A DNA stretch of 64,000 bases from Armatimonadota bacterium (GCA_039680575.1 JBDKSP010000088.1:63-64062), one strand, 5' to 3'. Counted from the first letter of the stretch, positions 1-9,356 are shown. Numbers and translations: made by a program. The notes: generated by a model not told the origin, from the letters alone.

Positions 1-101
1 TCGATTATGGTATTGAGAATGCGGGTCTTCTCTGCTTTGCCTGCTTTCTTGTAAGGCTTGCGGAAATGGCGAATGATTTCATCCTTTGCTTGCTGGGTCA
101 T
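1..101 (-). CDS. 5' end of an unidentified gene running off the window start (N-terminus MTQQAKDEIIRHFRKPYKKAGKAEKTRILNTII...)
   Basis: On the minus strand an ATG (reverse complement of 99-101) sits 10 nt after a perfect AGGAGG Shine-Dalgarno (reverse complement of 112-117). The frame stays open to position 1. It is not in the ORF track because it is open-ended and short. Confidence 0.3.
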   Translation of the reverse strand, partial: MTQQAKDEIIRHFRKPYKKAGKAEKTRILNTII

Positions 102-142
102 CGATGCGTTTCCTCCTACAAAAACAGCATCGGCATATCAAC

Positions 143-206
143 CTTTCGGTACGATTCTTAAATGAGGCAACGATTCACTTTCGGTACGATTTTAGATGAG
201 GCAACG
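143..206. repeat. Two tandem ~30-bp direct repeats (CTTTCGGTACGATTnTTAnATGAGGCAACG) in the intergenic region upstream of miaA
   Basis: Copy 1 at 143-172 and copy 2 at 178-206 are about 90% identical with a period of 35 bp. Read directly from the sequence. Confidence 0.6.
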
Positions 207-253
207 CGCAATCTTGTTGTTTGATGGTAGTTGTGATATAGTGTGGTGTTTGA

Positions 254-1228
254 ATGATGGAAGGGATGCTTCACAACCGGTCTAATGATAAGCGGCTCGT
301 CGCTATTGTCGGGCCAACGGCTTCGGGGAAAACAGCAGCAGCCCACGAACTCGCCAGGAGAGTCGGGGCTGAAATCGTATCTGCCGACTCGATGGCTATC
401 TATCGCGGAATGGACATCGGGACAGCCAAACCAAGCCCGGAAGAACGGTTGGAAGTCCATTACCACATGGTAGATGTGGTCGATCCGAACGAGCCTTTTA
501 CGGTAGCCGACTATCAGGAGCGCGCCGTCGAGGTTGTAGAAGATATCATCTGCCGTGGACGGCTGCCCATCGTAGCTGGTGGAACGGGGCTCTATGTTCG
601 TGCCGTAATAGACGGGTTGAATATTCCGAGTGCGGGTATAGATTCAGAGCTTCGAGCGCGCTTGAAGCGGGAAGCCGATGAAAAGGGCAGCGAGTGGCTG
701 CATAAACGGCTTGCGGAAGTAGATCCGGTCACTGCCGAAAGGCTTCACCCGAACGATATAAAGCGGATTATCCGGGCGCTTGAGGTTTACGAGCAGTCCG
801 GGAGGCCTATGTCGGAGATAGTCGAGGAGACCAGGCCGAAAGCGCCGAGGTATCCCGGCGCGGTCCTTTACGGGCTTACGATGGACCGGGAGAAGCTCTA
901 TCGCCGGATCGAAGAACGGGTCGATGAGCAGATAAGAAGAGGACTTGTCGAAGAAGTCCGGCGGCTGCTCGATTCCGGTTATGACGTCGATCTTCCTGCT
1001 ATGCAGGGTTTGGGGTATAAAGAGATCGCAGCCTGTCTGAAAGGCGAATATGATCTGAATTCCGCTGTTGAAACGCTGAAACGCAGCACACGGCGGTTCG
1101 CAAAACGTCAATATACATGGTTCCGCGCGGATAAGAGAATCCGGTGGATAGATGTTAACGATATTACACCTGCCAAGGTTGCCGGTATTATCGAGACGGA
1201 ACTTCGGGAGGCAGGAGTTTTTGAGTAA
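254..1228 (+). CDS. miaA: tRNA dimethylallyltransferase (tRNA isopentenyltransferase)
   Basis: P-loop GPTASGKT near the N-terminus; length and conserved blocks match MiaA; hfq follows it as in the conserved miaA-hfq arrangement. The exact start (254, 257 or 266) is uncertain. Confidence 0.9.
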   Translation: MMEGMLHNRSNDKRLVAIVGPTASGKTAAAHELARRVGAEIVSADSMAIYRGMDIGTAKPSPEERLEVHYHMVDVVDPNEPFTVADYQERAVEVVEDIICRGRLPIVAGGTGLYVRAVIDGLNIPSAGIDSELRARLKREADEKGSEWLHKRLAEVDPVTAERLHPNDIKRIIRALEVYEQSGRPMSEIVEETRPKAPRYPGAVLYGLTMDREKLYRRIEERVDEQIRRGLVEEVRRLLDSGYDVDLPAMQGLGYKEIAACLKGEYDLNSAVETLKRSTRRFAKRQYTWFRADKRIRWIDVNDITPAKVAGIIETELREAGVFE

Positions 1229-1355
1229 AGACGAGGGTAAGCTGATAGACAGAGGCCTTTCGTCTTTTGCCGGCGTCGAAAACTTTTTGATCGGCGCGGG
1301 AGAAGCAACGGGGTGGAGATTTGTCCCACTCAATTTGGTTAAAGGGAGCGTGTAG

Positions 1356-1661
1356 ATGAATAAGACCCAGATGAACCTGCAGGACTTGTTCCTGAACCAG
1401 GTAAGGAAAGAGAACACGCCGGTAACCATCTACCTGATAGGTGGCGTGCAGCTCAAGGGGATGGTAAAGGGATTCGATGCCTTCACCGTGATCTTGGAAA
1501 GCCCTGGAAAGCCGCCACAACTTATCTATAAGCATGCTGTAGCGTCAGTAGTGCCGGTGAAACAGATAGGGCTCGGACCGATGGTGGCAGAGAGAGAAAG
1601 AGTAGCAAGAGGTGCTGTGGCCGAACCTGCCAAGGCAGAAGAAGAGGAGCAGAAAGAGTGA
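1356..1661 (+). CDS. hfq: RNA chaperone Hfq
   Basis: Sm-like core ([23 protein letters not shown]...[10 protein letters not shown]) matches Hfq. AGGGAG Shine-Dalgarno upstream of the ATG; acidic C-terminal tail. Confidence 0.9.
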   Translation: MNKTQMNLQDLFLNQVRKENTPVTIYLIGGVQLKGMVKGFDAFTVILESPGKPPQLIYKHAVASVVPVKQIGLGPMVAERERVARGAVAEPAKAEEEEQKE

Positions 1662-2524
1662 TTTTCTCAAAGATGCATGGCCTGGGCAACGACTTTGTCG
1701 TAGTCAACGGCTTCACCGAGCATCTGGACGACGCTGTAATCAATAAACTGGCTATAGGAGCTTGTGACAGGAACTTCGGGATCGGGGGGGACGGCCTGAT
1801 ACTTGTTATGCCGTCTGAAACCGCCGATTTCCGTATGAGGATGCTGAACCCGGACGGGAGCGAAGCGGAGATGTGCGGTAATGGTATCCGCTGCGTCGCA
1901 AAGTTCACGTTTGAGCACGGGATCACTACGGCTAACCCGGTACGGGTGGAAACCCTCGCCGGGTTGAAGACCATCGAACTCACGGTCGCCGGAGGCAAAG
2001 TTACCGCAGCCAGAGTGGATATGGGCGCGCCGAAGCTCGACCGCAGTGAGATACCGGTAACTGTTCCGGGGACCGGGCCGGTTATCTCGGAACCGCTTGT
2101 GCTCGATGACCGCACTCTAGGCATCACTTGTGTCTCGATGGGCAATCCGCATTGCATTACGTTCGTGGATGATGTCGAGTCTTATCCTGTCCGAACGGTC
2201 GGCCCTAAGGTCGAGCGGCACCCGGCGTTTCCGGAGCGAACGAATGCTGAGTTTATCGAGGTAGTTTCTCCCAGTGAGATCAAGATGCGCGTCTGGGAGC
2301 GGGGCGCGGGCGAGACCCTTGCCTGCGGTACCGGCGCGTGTGCATCGACGGTCGCCTCGATCCTAAACGGCAAGACCGGGAGGTCGCTGACAGTCCACTT
2401 GAAAGGCGGCGACCTGAAGGTGGAATGGCTGAAAGATGATGGTCCGGTGGTGATGACCGGCCCGGCCGTCGAAGTTTTTACAGGAGAGATTCCTGAGTAT
2501 ATGCTGAAAGCCTGGTTAGTATAG
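1658..2524 (+). CDS. dapF: diaminopimelate epimerase
   Basis: N-terminus [16 protein letters not shown] is the canonical DapF start. The GTG start overlaps the hfq stop by 4 nt. Both catalytic Cys regions are present ([14 protein letters not shown]). Confidence 0.9.
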   Translation: MIFSKMHGLGNDFVVVNGFTEHLDDAVINKLAIGACDRNFGIGGDGLILVMPSETADFRMRMLNPDGSEAEMCGNGIRCVAKFTFEHGITTANPVRVETLAGLKTIELTVAGGKVTAARVDMGAPKLDRSEIPVTVPGTGPVISEPLVLDDRTLGITCVSMGNPHCITFVDDVESYPVRTVGPKVERHPAFPERTNAEFIEVVSPSEIKMRVWERGAGETLACGTGACASTVASILNGKTGRSLTVHLKGGDLKVEWLKDDGPVVMTGPAVEVFTGEIPEYMLKAWLV

Positions 2525-2583
2525 CTGTCAGCATTCAGCTTTTGAACCGCGAATTGCGCGAAAAAGGGACTAGATGAGACTCG

Positions 2584-2612
2584 TGCTTCGGGAAGAAAAG
2601 AATCCCGAAGCA
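2584..2612. repeat. REP-like hairpin TGCTTCGGGA-N9-TCCCGAAGCA (a degenerate second copy at 2643-2665)
   Basis: Perfect 10-bp inverted repeat. The same arms recur at 6789-6818 and 43410-43439, with a variant at 49641-49665. Confidence 0.5.
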
Positions 2613-2804
2613 TCGAAAGACGTGAAAAAGGGACTATCGGCCTGCTTTGGCTCTTGCAGTCCGAAGCATAGAATTAAGTTATTTATTAGTGGAAGATGCT
2701 ATAAATCTCCACCTTCTGCGTTTCTATTTATTCTGCGCCTCCGCGGTTCCAAATTTGATGGCTGATAGCTTTGGAACTATTTCCTTAGAAAAAGGAGAAA
2801 CCCG

Positions 2805-3980
2805 TTGCAGTACGCGAAACGATTAGACCTTATACCGCCGTATCTTTTCGGCGAGATAGCAAGAATGAAGGCAAAGGCGGTTGCCGAAGGGCGAGACCTG
2901 ATCGACCTCGGTATCGGCGACCCTGACCAGCCGACACCTGATGCAATCATCGAAAAATTATGCGAAGCAGCCAAAAACCCGGTCACTCACCGTTATGATG
3001 AGACGGAAGCCGGATGGCCGAACTTTTTGGATTCTGTTTCCAGATGGTATAAAAAGCGCTTTGGCGTTGATATAGACCCCAAGAGCGAAGCAATGCTGCT
3101 GATAGGCTCGAAGGACGGGCTCGCGCATTTTGCCTGGGCTATGACCGATCCCGGAGATGTCGCCCTCGTGCCCGACCCCGGCTACACCGTCTATAAAGTG
3201 AACACGCTCCTTGCCGGAGGCGAGCCGGTGGCTATGCCGCTTCTGGAGAAAAACGGGTTTTTGCCTGATCTTACAGCAATCCCGTCGGATGTCGCCAAAA
3301 AAGCGAAGGTAATGTATCTCAACTATCCGAACAACCCGACCGGAGCGGTCGCAAATGTCGATTTCTTCCGTGATGTGGTCAAGTTCGCAAAAGAGCACGA
3401 CATCGCCGTCTGCCATGACTGTGCTTACAGCGAAGTCTACTATGATGACTATCTCCCGCCGAGCTTTTTGGAAGCAGAAGGCGCTAAAGATGTGGCGATA
3501 GAGATGCATTCGCTCTCGAAGACCTACAACATGACCGGCTGGCGCATCGGAATGGCTGTCGGAAACCCGGAACTCGTCCGGGTGTTGAATAAGCTGAAAT
3601 CGAATGTCGACTCAAGGCAGTTCCCTGCGATAGACATAGCCGCAAGCCATGCCTTGGAGCACGTGAGCAACGCCAAAACGCTTGCGCTCTATAAAAAGAG
3701 GCGGGACATTCTCGTAGACGGGCTGAACGAGATCGGCTGGAATGTCAAGAAACCTGTGGCGTCGCTCTATGTTTGGACAAAGGTCCCGAATGGTTATACA
3801 TCTGCTGAGTTCGTAAAGACACTCCTTACGGATGCCGGTGTTTTGGTTATCCCAGGCAACGGTTACGGCACTTACGGCGAAGGCTACATCAGAATGTCTC
3901 TCACCGTTGCAGGTGATAAGGACGGCGAAAAGATGAGAGATGCCGTCAGCCGCATTGCGGAGAATATCAAGGTCAAATAG
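2805..3980 (+). CDS. dapL: LL-diaminopimelate aminotransferase-like class I/II aminotransferase
   Basis: TTG start preceded by AAAGGAG. PLP-aminotransferase fold with the N-terminal LIPPYLFGEI motif typical of DapL. Sits directly downstream of dapF. Confidence 0.7.
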   Translation: MQYAKRLDLIPPYLFGEIARMKAKAVAEGRDLIDLGIGDPDQPTPDAIIEKLCEAAKNPVTHRYDETEAGWPNFLDSVSRWYKKRFGVDIDPKSEAMLLIGSKDGLAHFAWAMTDPGDVALVPDPGYTVYKVNTLLAGGEPVAMPLLEKNGFLPDLTAIPSDVAKKAKVMYLNYPNNPTGAVANVDFFRDVVKFAKEHDIAVCHDCAYSEVYYDDYLPPSFLEAEGAKDVAIEMHSLSKTYNMTGWRIGMAVGNPELVRVLNKLKSNVDSRQFPAIDIAASHALEHVSNAKTLALYKKRRDILVDGLNEIGWNVKKPVASLYVWTKVPNGYTSAEFVKTLLTDAGVLVIPGNGYGTYGEGYIRMSLTVAGDKDGEKMRDAVSRIAENIKVK

Positions 3981-4015
3981 CGGCAAACTTCATATTTCGG
4001 TTGCGGAGTTTGAAA

Positions 4016-4440
4016 TGAATCTTGTTCTCATTGCTTTTATAGTGGTAGTCTCCCTGGTTATAATAGTGCGGATTGCCAGGCGCATTACAGCACAGATTGA
4101 AAAGATCAATGCAAGCGAGAAGAAGCAAAAAGGCATAACTTCAGCGCTGGGTAACATTCATGGATGGTATGGTGTTATTGCATTTGTTTTCCCTGCGCTG
4201 AAGCGCGTATATACAAGCTGGAAGAAAGCCCCCGACGGCAGCATAGAGCAGTTGGGGTGGGGGCTCCTCTTATCTCTCATTGCTGCAATCGGTATATGGT
4301 TGGTAATAATGCTGACTGATAAAGTCATTAACCGTCAGCCGTACCAACCGAAGATGGTTGACGGAGAATCAACTGAGTATATGGCGGGTTTGGCAGGGCA
4401 GAATTCTTTAACTCTGCAATCCGGATTTCGTAATAGATGA
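4016..4440 (+). CDS. hypothetical small membrane protein (two predicted transmembrane segments)
   Basis: ORF with a hydrophobic N-terminus (MNLVLIAFIVVVSLVIIV) and a second hydrophobic stretch. Start chosen at the first ATG that does not overlap dapL. Confidence 0.4.
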
Positions 4441-5696
4441 TTATGCACGATGTTGAATCACATGACCGGGCGGTTCTGGTAGTAATAGACCCGCCCGACA
4501 CCGCTATTGCAGAATGGAATACTGAAGAATTAAAAGAGCTGCTTGAGAGCGCTAATGCGGAGCTTGCCGACGAGGTGCATCTGCGCAGGTCGCACCCTGA
4601 CCCGGCTTACTACATCGGTCAGAGCAATGCGCTGCAGGTGTATGAGGTAGTGCAGGATGTCGGCGCCTCTGTAGTGGTTCTGGGTGAGGAGTTGCGCCCC
4701 GCGCAGCAGCGAAACCTCGAAGAAACCGCGACCGTGCGGGTGATCGACCGCACGCAGCTCATCCTCGATATCTTTGCCCAGCGCGCCCACTCGAAAGAAG
4801 GTAAACTTCAGGTCGAGCTTGCCCAGCTAAAGTACCTCCTTCCGAGACTTACTGGCCGGGGAACATCTATGTCTCGGCTCGGAGGCGGTATCGGCACTAG
4901 AGGTCCGGGCGAAACTAAGCTTGAGTCCGACCGCCGGAGAATTCGCGACAGGATCAGTGATCTCACCGAAGAACTTGAGGAAGTCCGGCGGCATAGAAGC
5001 GTGCAGAAAGCTGCCCGCAGGAGGCTGCCGTTCCCATCGGCGGCACTCGTCGGATATACAAGCGCGGGGAAATCGACACTGATTAATACGCTTTCCGGTG
5101 CAGAAGTCTATGTCGATCCGAAGCTCTTTGCGACGCTAGATCCGACTACCCGGCGCGTAGTGCTGCCGGATGGATGGTCAGTGCTCATAAGCGACACGGT
5201 CGGGTTCCTCCGTAACCTGCCACACCACCTTGTGGCGGCGTTTCGCGCTACGCTGGAGGAGGTAATCGAGTCGGATTTTCTTATCCATGTGGTCGATGCA
5301 AGCCACCCGCGTGCCCGTGAGCAGCAGGAAGCCGTAATGCAGGTTCTGGAGGAGCTTGGGGCAGCCGGTAAGCCGGTCCTTACAGTGTTCAACAAGAGCG
5401 ATCTGCTGACAGACCAGTATGAGCTCCGCCGTGCAGTCGTCGAGACGCCGAACTCGGTCTATATCTCGGCAAAAAAGCATGAGGGACTGCCAAATTTGAT
5501 GAGGCAGATATCGAAGACGATCCAGTCTCTTCTGACCCATGTCCACCTGGAAGTCCCCTATGGCCGAAGCGACCTTGTGGCTCTCTGCTACGAGCGCGGA
5601 CGTGTCCTCTCGGCGGATTATCAGGAGGATAAGATAGTCGTCGATGCCGAGATTACGAACGATCTGGCAGGGAAGCTGGAGAGCTATATCAGATAG
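4437..5696 (+). CDS. hflX: GTPase HflX
   Basis: HflX N-domain followed by a G-domain (GYTSAGKSTL, DTVGF, NKSD). Confidence 0.9.
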   Translation: MIMHDVESHDRAVLVVIDPPDTAIAEWNTEELKELLESANAELADEVHLRRSHPDPAYYIGQSNALQVYEVVQDVGASVVVLGEELRPAQQRNLEETATVRVIDRTQLILDIFAQRAHSKEGKLQVELAQLKYLLPRLTGRGTSMSRLGGGIGTRGPGETKLESDRRRIRDRISDLTEELEEVRRHRSVQKAARRRLPFPSAALVGYTSAGKSTLINTLSGAEVYVDPKLFATLDPTTRRVVLPDGWSVLISDTVGFLRNLPHHLVAAFRATLEEVIESDFLIHVVDASHPRAREQQEAVMQVLEELGAAGKPVLTVFNKSDLLTDQYELRRAVVETPNSVYISAKKHEGLPNLMRQISKTIQSLLTHVHLEVPYGRSDLVALCYERGRVLSADYQEDKIVVDAEITNDLAGKLESYIR

Positions 5697-5805
5697 AGAG
5701 GTAATTTTCTCCTTCTCCCCTTGCGGGAGAAGGTTGGGATGAGGGGTATTCCGGCAGCGAAGCTGCCGATGGCCGCCACGGAGGGCGGCCACTACGCATA
5801 TTGGT

Positions 5806-5891
5806 GCTGCGGGAATGGCAAGTCTGTATAAACTATTGATTTACACAGATTTAATTCCCGCAGCAGTAACATGTCGTAATAGCTGCGGGAA
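5806..5891. repeat. Nested palindromes built on GCTGCGGGAAT / ATTCCCGCAGC (arms at 5806-5816, 5854-5864, 5882-5891)
   Basis: Read directly. The same arm pair recurs at 43463-43473 / 43512-43522. Confidence 0.45.
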
Positions 5892-6002
5892 CAAATTAGG
5901 AACAATAAGGAGGATACTCGCATATCTTCCGTTCACGCAGTATAGAAATGTTTCGGCGCGCGTATTTTGCGCTGAGGCCAGCCTTTCGGATTGGTGTAGA
6001 CT

Positions 6003-6046
6003 TATGCTTCTCCCCGTGGTCCGGTAGGTCCACGGGGAGAAGCATA
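6003..6046 (-). terminator. 17-bp perfect-stem hairpin (TATGCTTCTCCCCGTGG ... CCACGGGGAGAAGCATA) directly downstream of the GyrI-like gene
   Basis: Perfect inverted repeat with a 10-nt loop. There is no clear U-tract, so it may be a REP-type element rather than an intrinsic terminator. The core CACGGGGAGAAGCA recurs at 40365-40378. Confidence 0.4.
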
Positions 6047-6082
6047 GGGGATCTCCTCTAGATCCTGAATCCCTTCTTTTCA

Positions 6083-6559
6083 CTATTTTAACGGCACATA
6101 GATGTCCATCAGTGAGTTTTCCGAGTTATCGAAGCATCCTCCATAGTATTCGAAGCAGTAATTGCCTGCAATCTCAAGCCCTGAGGCCGGAATCCATTCA
6201 GTATATATTTTCTGGAAAGTATCATGAAGCTTGCTGACCGGACCTTTGTGCGTAAACACCGCATATTTAGCGGCAGGGACCGTTTTTGTTGACATTCCAT
6301 CCGGCACTTCGTCGAAGCTCGAGACTTCCATGGCGGCGATATAGTAAAATTCGGCACCCTGTCCACACTTGCACTCGCCCTTACACATACACTCGCAAAG
6401 ACCGTAGCTTGCGTTTCCATTTACGACATTCTTGATCTCGCTCATCCGCGGAAGGAACTGCTTGTCCCATAGAGCAGGGATTTCACCATTTAGATTAGCT
6501 CCGATGTACTTATTGCCTATGAGCTTGATTTCGCCTCTTGTAACTATCTTCGGTTCCAT
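6083..6559 (-). CDS. GyrI-like (AraC effector-binding-domain fold) small-molecule-binding protein with a Cys-rich insert
   Basis: Pattern typical of the GyrI-like family (IKLIGNKY...EIPALW...YGL...YAVFTHKGP...WIP...FEYY). Carries the insert CECMCKGECKCGQG. Confidence 0.65.
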   Translation of the reverse strand: MEPKIVTRGEIKLIGNKYIGANLNGEIPALWDKQFLPRMSEIKNVVNGNASYGLCECMCKGECKCGQGAEFYYIAAMEVSSFDEVPDGMSTKTVPAAKYAVFTHKGPVSKLHDTFQKIYTEWIPASGLEIAGNYCFEYYGGCFDNSENSLMDIYVPLK

Positions 6560-6788
6560 ATCATCCTCCTGTTGATAACGAACAATTGTTCGTGCAGGTC
6601 ATTATACAACAAGGCAGCTTGTCTTTGGTAGTGGCCGCAGATTAAATATTGTTCACAGATATTGCAGGATGGTAGCTGGAGGAAAGAGAAATGAGCATTC
6701 GTTTGTTTCGAGGAAACAGCATGTATTTGCGATGCTTCGGCTGCGTGTAGTTTGCGCCGAAGCCAGCATCGAATTTTGCGGAGATTTC

Positions 6789-6818
6789 TGCTTCGGGACG
6801 AACTGCGGTCCCGAAGCA
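6789..6818. repeat. REP-like hairpin TGCTTCGGGA-N10-TCCCGAAGCA (a degenerate neighbour at 6730-6772)
   Basis: Perfect 10-bp arms identical to those at 2584-2612 and 43410-43439. Confidence 0.5.
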
Positions 6819-6838
6819 GATCATCTAATAAAGCAAAA

Positions 6839-6867
6839 GCCCGTCGATTATAGATGAACCGACGGGC
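6839..6867 (-). terminator. Intrinsic terminator of tRNA-Glu
   Basis: On the minus strand a GCCCGTCG/CGACGGGC stem with a 13-nt loop is followed by UUUUGCUU. It lies 39 nt downstream of the tRNA 3' end. Confidence 0.55.
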
Positions 6868-6905
6868 CAATTTGGTGATGGCGGCCTAGATTACCGCCCA
6901 TATAC

Positions 6906-6980
6906 TGGTAGCGCCAACGGGAGTCGAACCCGTCTTACGTCCTTGAAAGAGACGTGTCCTAACCGATGGACCATGGCGCC
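6906..6980 (-). tRNA. tRNA-Glu (anticodon TTC)
   Basis: Reverse complement folds as a cloverleaf: acceptor GGCGCCA/TGGCGCT, anticodon loop CTTTCAA, T-arm GGGTTCGACTCCC, encoded CCA. Confidence 0.9.
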
Positions 6981-7308
6981 AAAACAAAAGCCGGACTTTT
7001 GCCCGACCGGAGTTATTATACCAGAATCCATGTCTGGCTGCAAACAATTTTTCGCGGGCTTCTCCGTGTGTCTTCTAATTATCCTCCAATACCCTCCAAA
7101 CCTCCTCCAAACTTGCCCATGCACTATTATCGATAGGCTGTTCACGTGCTGCGGATGGCGATAACGGTAGTCAACACAATGTAGCTGTATAGGCTGTTAA
7201 ATCTCAAATATAATCCAAATGTTCTTCGAAATGTCGCTGTACAAGGCAAACACATTAGTGGAGAGGAAAATTTCCCCATATGATTTTTACAAACTATGGT
7301 CGAGTCTA

Positions 7309-7337
7309 TTGACACACCCATCAGTCGCTGGTATCAT
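7309..7337 (+). promoter_or_regulatory. Sigma70-like promoter of the dcw cluster (TTGACA-17 nt-TATCAT) with ATTGG(T/A) direct repeats downstream
   Basis: Consensus -35 at 7309-7314 and -10 at 7332-7337, about 90 nt upstream of the mraZ ATG. Repeats GATTGGTAGG, TATTGGTATCG and AATTGGAGG lie between the promoter and the start. Confidence 0.5.
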
Positions 7338-7428
7338 CCCTTCACTGGTACGGAATGGAGGATTCATGGTGACCGATTGGTAGGCATGATGAATCCTATT
7401 GGTATCGAATTGGAGGGGGATCAACCCC

Positions 7429-7917
7429 ATGTTCGGCGGCTCTTTTACTCATAAACTGGATGAGGTCGGTCGGTTTATTATGCCGAGGAAGTTCCGGCTG
7501 TCGCTTGGTGAGACATTTATCATCACCAGGGGAGCCGGTTGCCTGCTTGTTATGCCTCAGGACAGGTTCAATGAGATCTACCGCCATGCTCAGGGACTTG
7601 GAAATCCGCTTTCCGTGCTGTTCGATCCGAATACGCGGCGGCTTTACCATCAACTCTTCTCCGAGATGATCGAAACCAAGGTTGACGGGCAGGGCAGGGT
7701 GCAGCTATCCCCCGAACTCCGTGCTTTCGCTGGCATTGACAAAGAGCTTGTAGTGCTTGGTGTGGGCGAGTGGATCGAAATCTGGGGAATCGAGAAGTGG
7801 CAAGCCTATAAAGAGGAGAACCTGACTACGGATCTGCTCGTAGACGCAGCAACTCGACCGCAGTCGTCCGGGGAAGGCGTAGATGGGGCAATATCACCGT
7901 CCAGTCCTCTTGGATGA
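7429..7917 (+). CDS. mraZ: transcriptional regulator MraZ
   Basis: Starts MFGGSFTHKLDEVGRFIMPRKFR (canonical MraZ); GGAGG Shine-Dalgarno 12 nt upstream; first gene of the dcw cluster. Confidence 0.85.
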   Translation: MFGGSFTHKLDEVGRFIMPRKFRLSLGETFIITRGAGCLLVMPQDRFNEIYRHAQGLGNPLSVLFDPNTRRLYHQLFSEMIETKVDGQGRVQLSPELRAFAGIDKELVVLGVGEWIEIWGIEKWQAYKEENLTTDLLVDAATRPQSSGEGVDGAISPSSPLG

Positions 7918-8836
7918 GGTTATAGAGTTTTTAGACCCGCAGCCTGGCCAGATATTCATAGATTGCACACTTGGTGGCGCCGGGCACACAAAAGCGATAC
8001 TCAGCCGTATTATACCTGGGGGATGCGTCATAGGTATTGACCGTGACCAGGATTCGATAAATCAAGCGCAGCGCGAACTTGAACAATTCAAAGATAATGT
8101 AATCCTTGTCCGAAGGGATTTTGCAGATCTGGATGCGATACTTGAAGAACTCTCGATAGAGTCCGTTAATGGGGTCCTGATGGACCTTGGTGTTTCATCT
8201 CACCAGTTGGATGAACCGGAGAGAGGGTTCAGTTTTCAGGCTCCTGCGCCGCTTGATATGAGGATGGACAGGAATGAGCCGGAGACGGCTGCCGACCTGG
8301 TCAACCGGCTTCCTGAAAAAGAGCTGGCAGACCTGATATACATCCATTCCGATGAGCGGTGGTCCAGGCGGATAGCGAGGGCTATAGTCCGGGCGAGGGA
8401 AAAGTCGCCGATTACGATGACAACGGAACTGGCCGAGATAGTGGCATCCGCCGTTCCCGGAGGTCGAAGAGAGAAGATTCATCCCGCGACAAGGACGTTT
8501 CAAGCGCTCAGGATCGCGGTGAACCGTGAAATGGAAGCTCTCGATATGGCGCTCGAAGCAGCCGCGAGGGCTCTTGCAATCGGCGGGAGGATGTGTGTAA
8601 TCAGCTATCACTCGCTTGAGGACAGAAGAGTTAAGCAGTTTTTTATAGCCGGAAGCGGGCGATGCCAGTGTCCTCCGGGACTGCCGGTATGCACATGTGG
8701 CAGTAAGCAGTTCCTTGAGGTGCTGACCAGGAGACCCGTAGTACCGGGCGATGAGGAGATAGAGGCAAATCCGCGAGCGCGGAGTGCCAAAATGAGGTGC
8801 GCCGAGAAAGTCGGCTTAATGGGACAGGGAAGGTGA
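7883..8836 (+). CDS. rsmH: 16S rRNA (cytosine1402-N4)-methyltransferase RsmH (MraW)
   Basis: Starts M..YHRPVLLDEVIEFL with a SAM-binding motif (DCTLGGAGH). Position after mraZ. Confidence 0.9.
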   Translation: MGQYHRPVLLDEVIEFLDPQPGQIFIDCTLGGAGHTKAILSRIIPGGCVIGIDRDQDSINQAQRELEQFKDNVILVRRDFADLDAILEELSIESVNGVLMDLGVSSHQLDEPERGFSFQAPAPLDMRMDRNEPETAADLVNRLPEKELADLIYIHSDERWSRRIARAIVRAREKSPITMTTELAEIVASAVPGGRREKIHPATRTFQALRIAVNREMEALDMALEAAARALAIGGRMCVISYHSLEDRRVKQFFIAGSGRCQCPPGLPVCTCGSKQFLEVLTRRPVVPGDEEIEANPRARSAKMRCAEKVGLMGQGR

Positions 8837-8842
8837 AGAATC

Positions 8843-9229
8843 ATGGCTGTAGCAGCAACAAAGACTGCTCCTAGAGCGTCTGTAACCGAACAACAACAGC
8901 ATAAGGTATTACCACCGATCTCCCGCAGGTACAGGAAAAGGCGGGGGGTTATCCTCGCAAGGACCGTGTTTTGTATCCTGGCTATGGTCTCTCTCCTCGG
9001 ATACATCGGGTTGTATGCCCAAGTCACGATTTATGGCTATAAACGAGCGGAACTCGTTAAAAACATGAGGCAGGTCGAAATGGAGAACCAAGCTCTTAAG
9101 GCGGAAATACAGACGCTTTCAAGCCCTGAGCGCCTGGCTGAGGTTGCATCCGCCACCGGAATGACACCCGGCAGTGATGTCGTTTACATTTCGACGCATG
9201 GCGATGTGAAAGTCGCGCGAGCCGACTGA
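8843..9229 (+). CDS. ftsL: cell division protein FtsL-like (single transmembrane segment plus coiled coil)
   Basis: Position between rsmH and ftsI; one transmembrane helix followed by a short coiled coil (EMENQALKAEIQTL). Confidence 0.5.
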   Translation: MAVAATKTAPRASVTEQQQHKVLPPISRRYRKRRGVILARTVFCILAMVSLLGYIGLYAQVTIYGYKRAELVKNMRQVEMENQALKAEIQTLSSPERLAEVASATGMTPGSDVVYISTHGDVKVARAD

Positions 9230-9356
9230 CAGCAAAGAGTTTCAGGTGTCACTGAGACTCTCCCGGATGAGTTTCAGCAATACCTGTATACGATCGGCTG
9301 TTGATAGAACGGCTGAATTCATAGATTGTATCCTCGATCACTATTTATTGGTTTTT

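Noticed and set aside
644-1429. 261-aa minus-strand ORF
   Set aside because: Antisense to miaA and the hfq start; shadow ORF.
3940-4015. 5' extension of the small membrane ORF overlapping the dapL 3' end
   Set aside because: It would overlap dapL by 41 nt in another frame; the ATG at 4016 gives a clean hydrophobic N-terminus.
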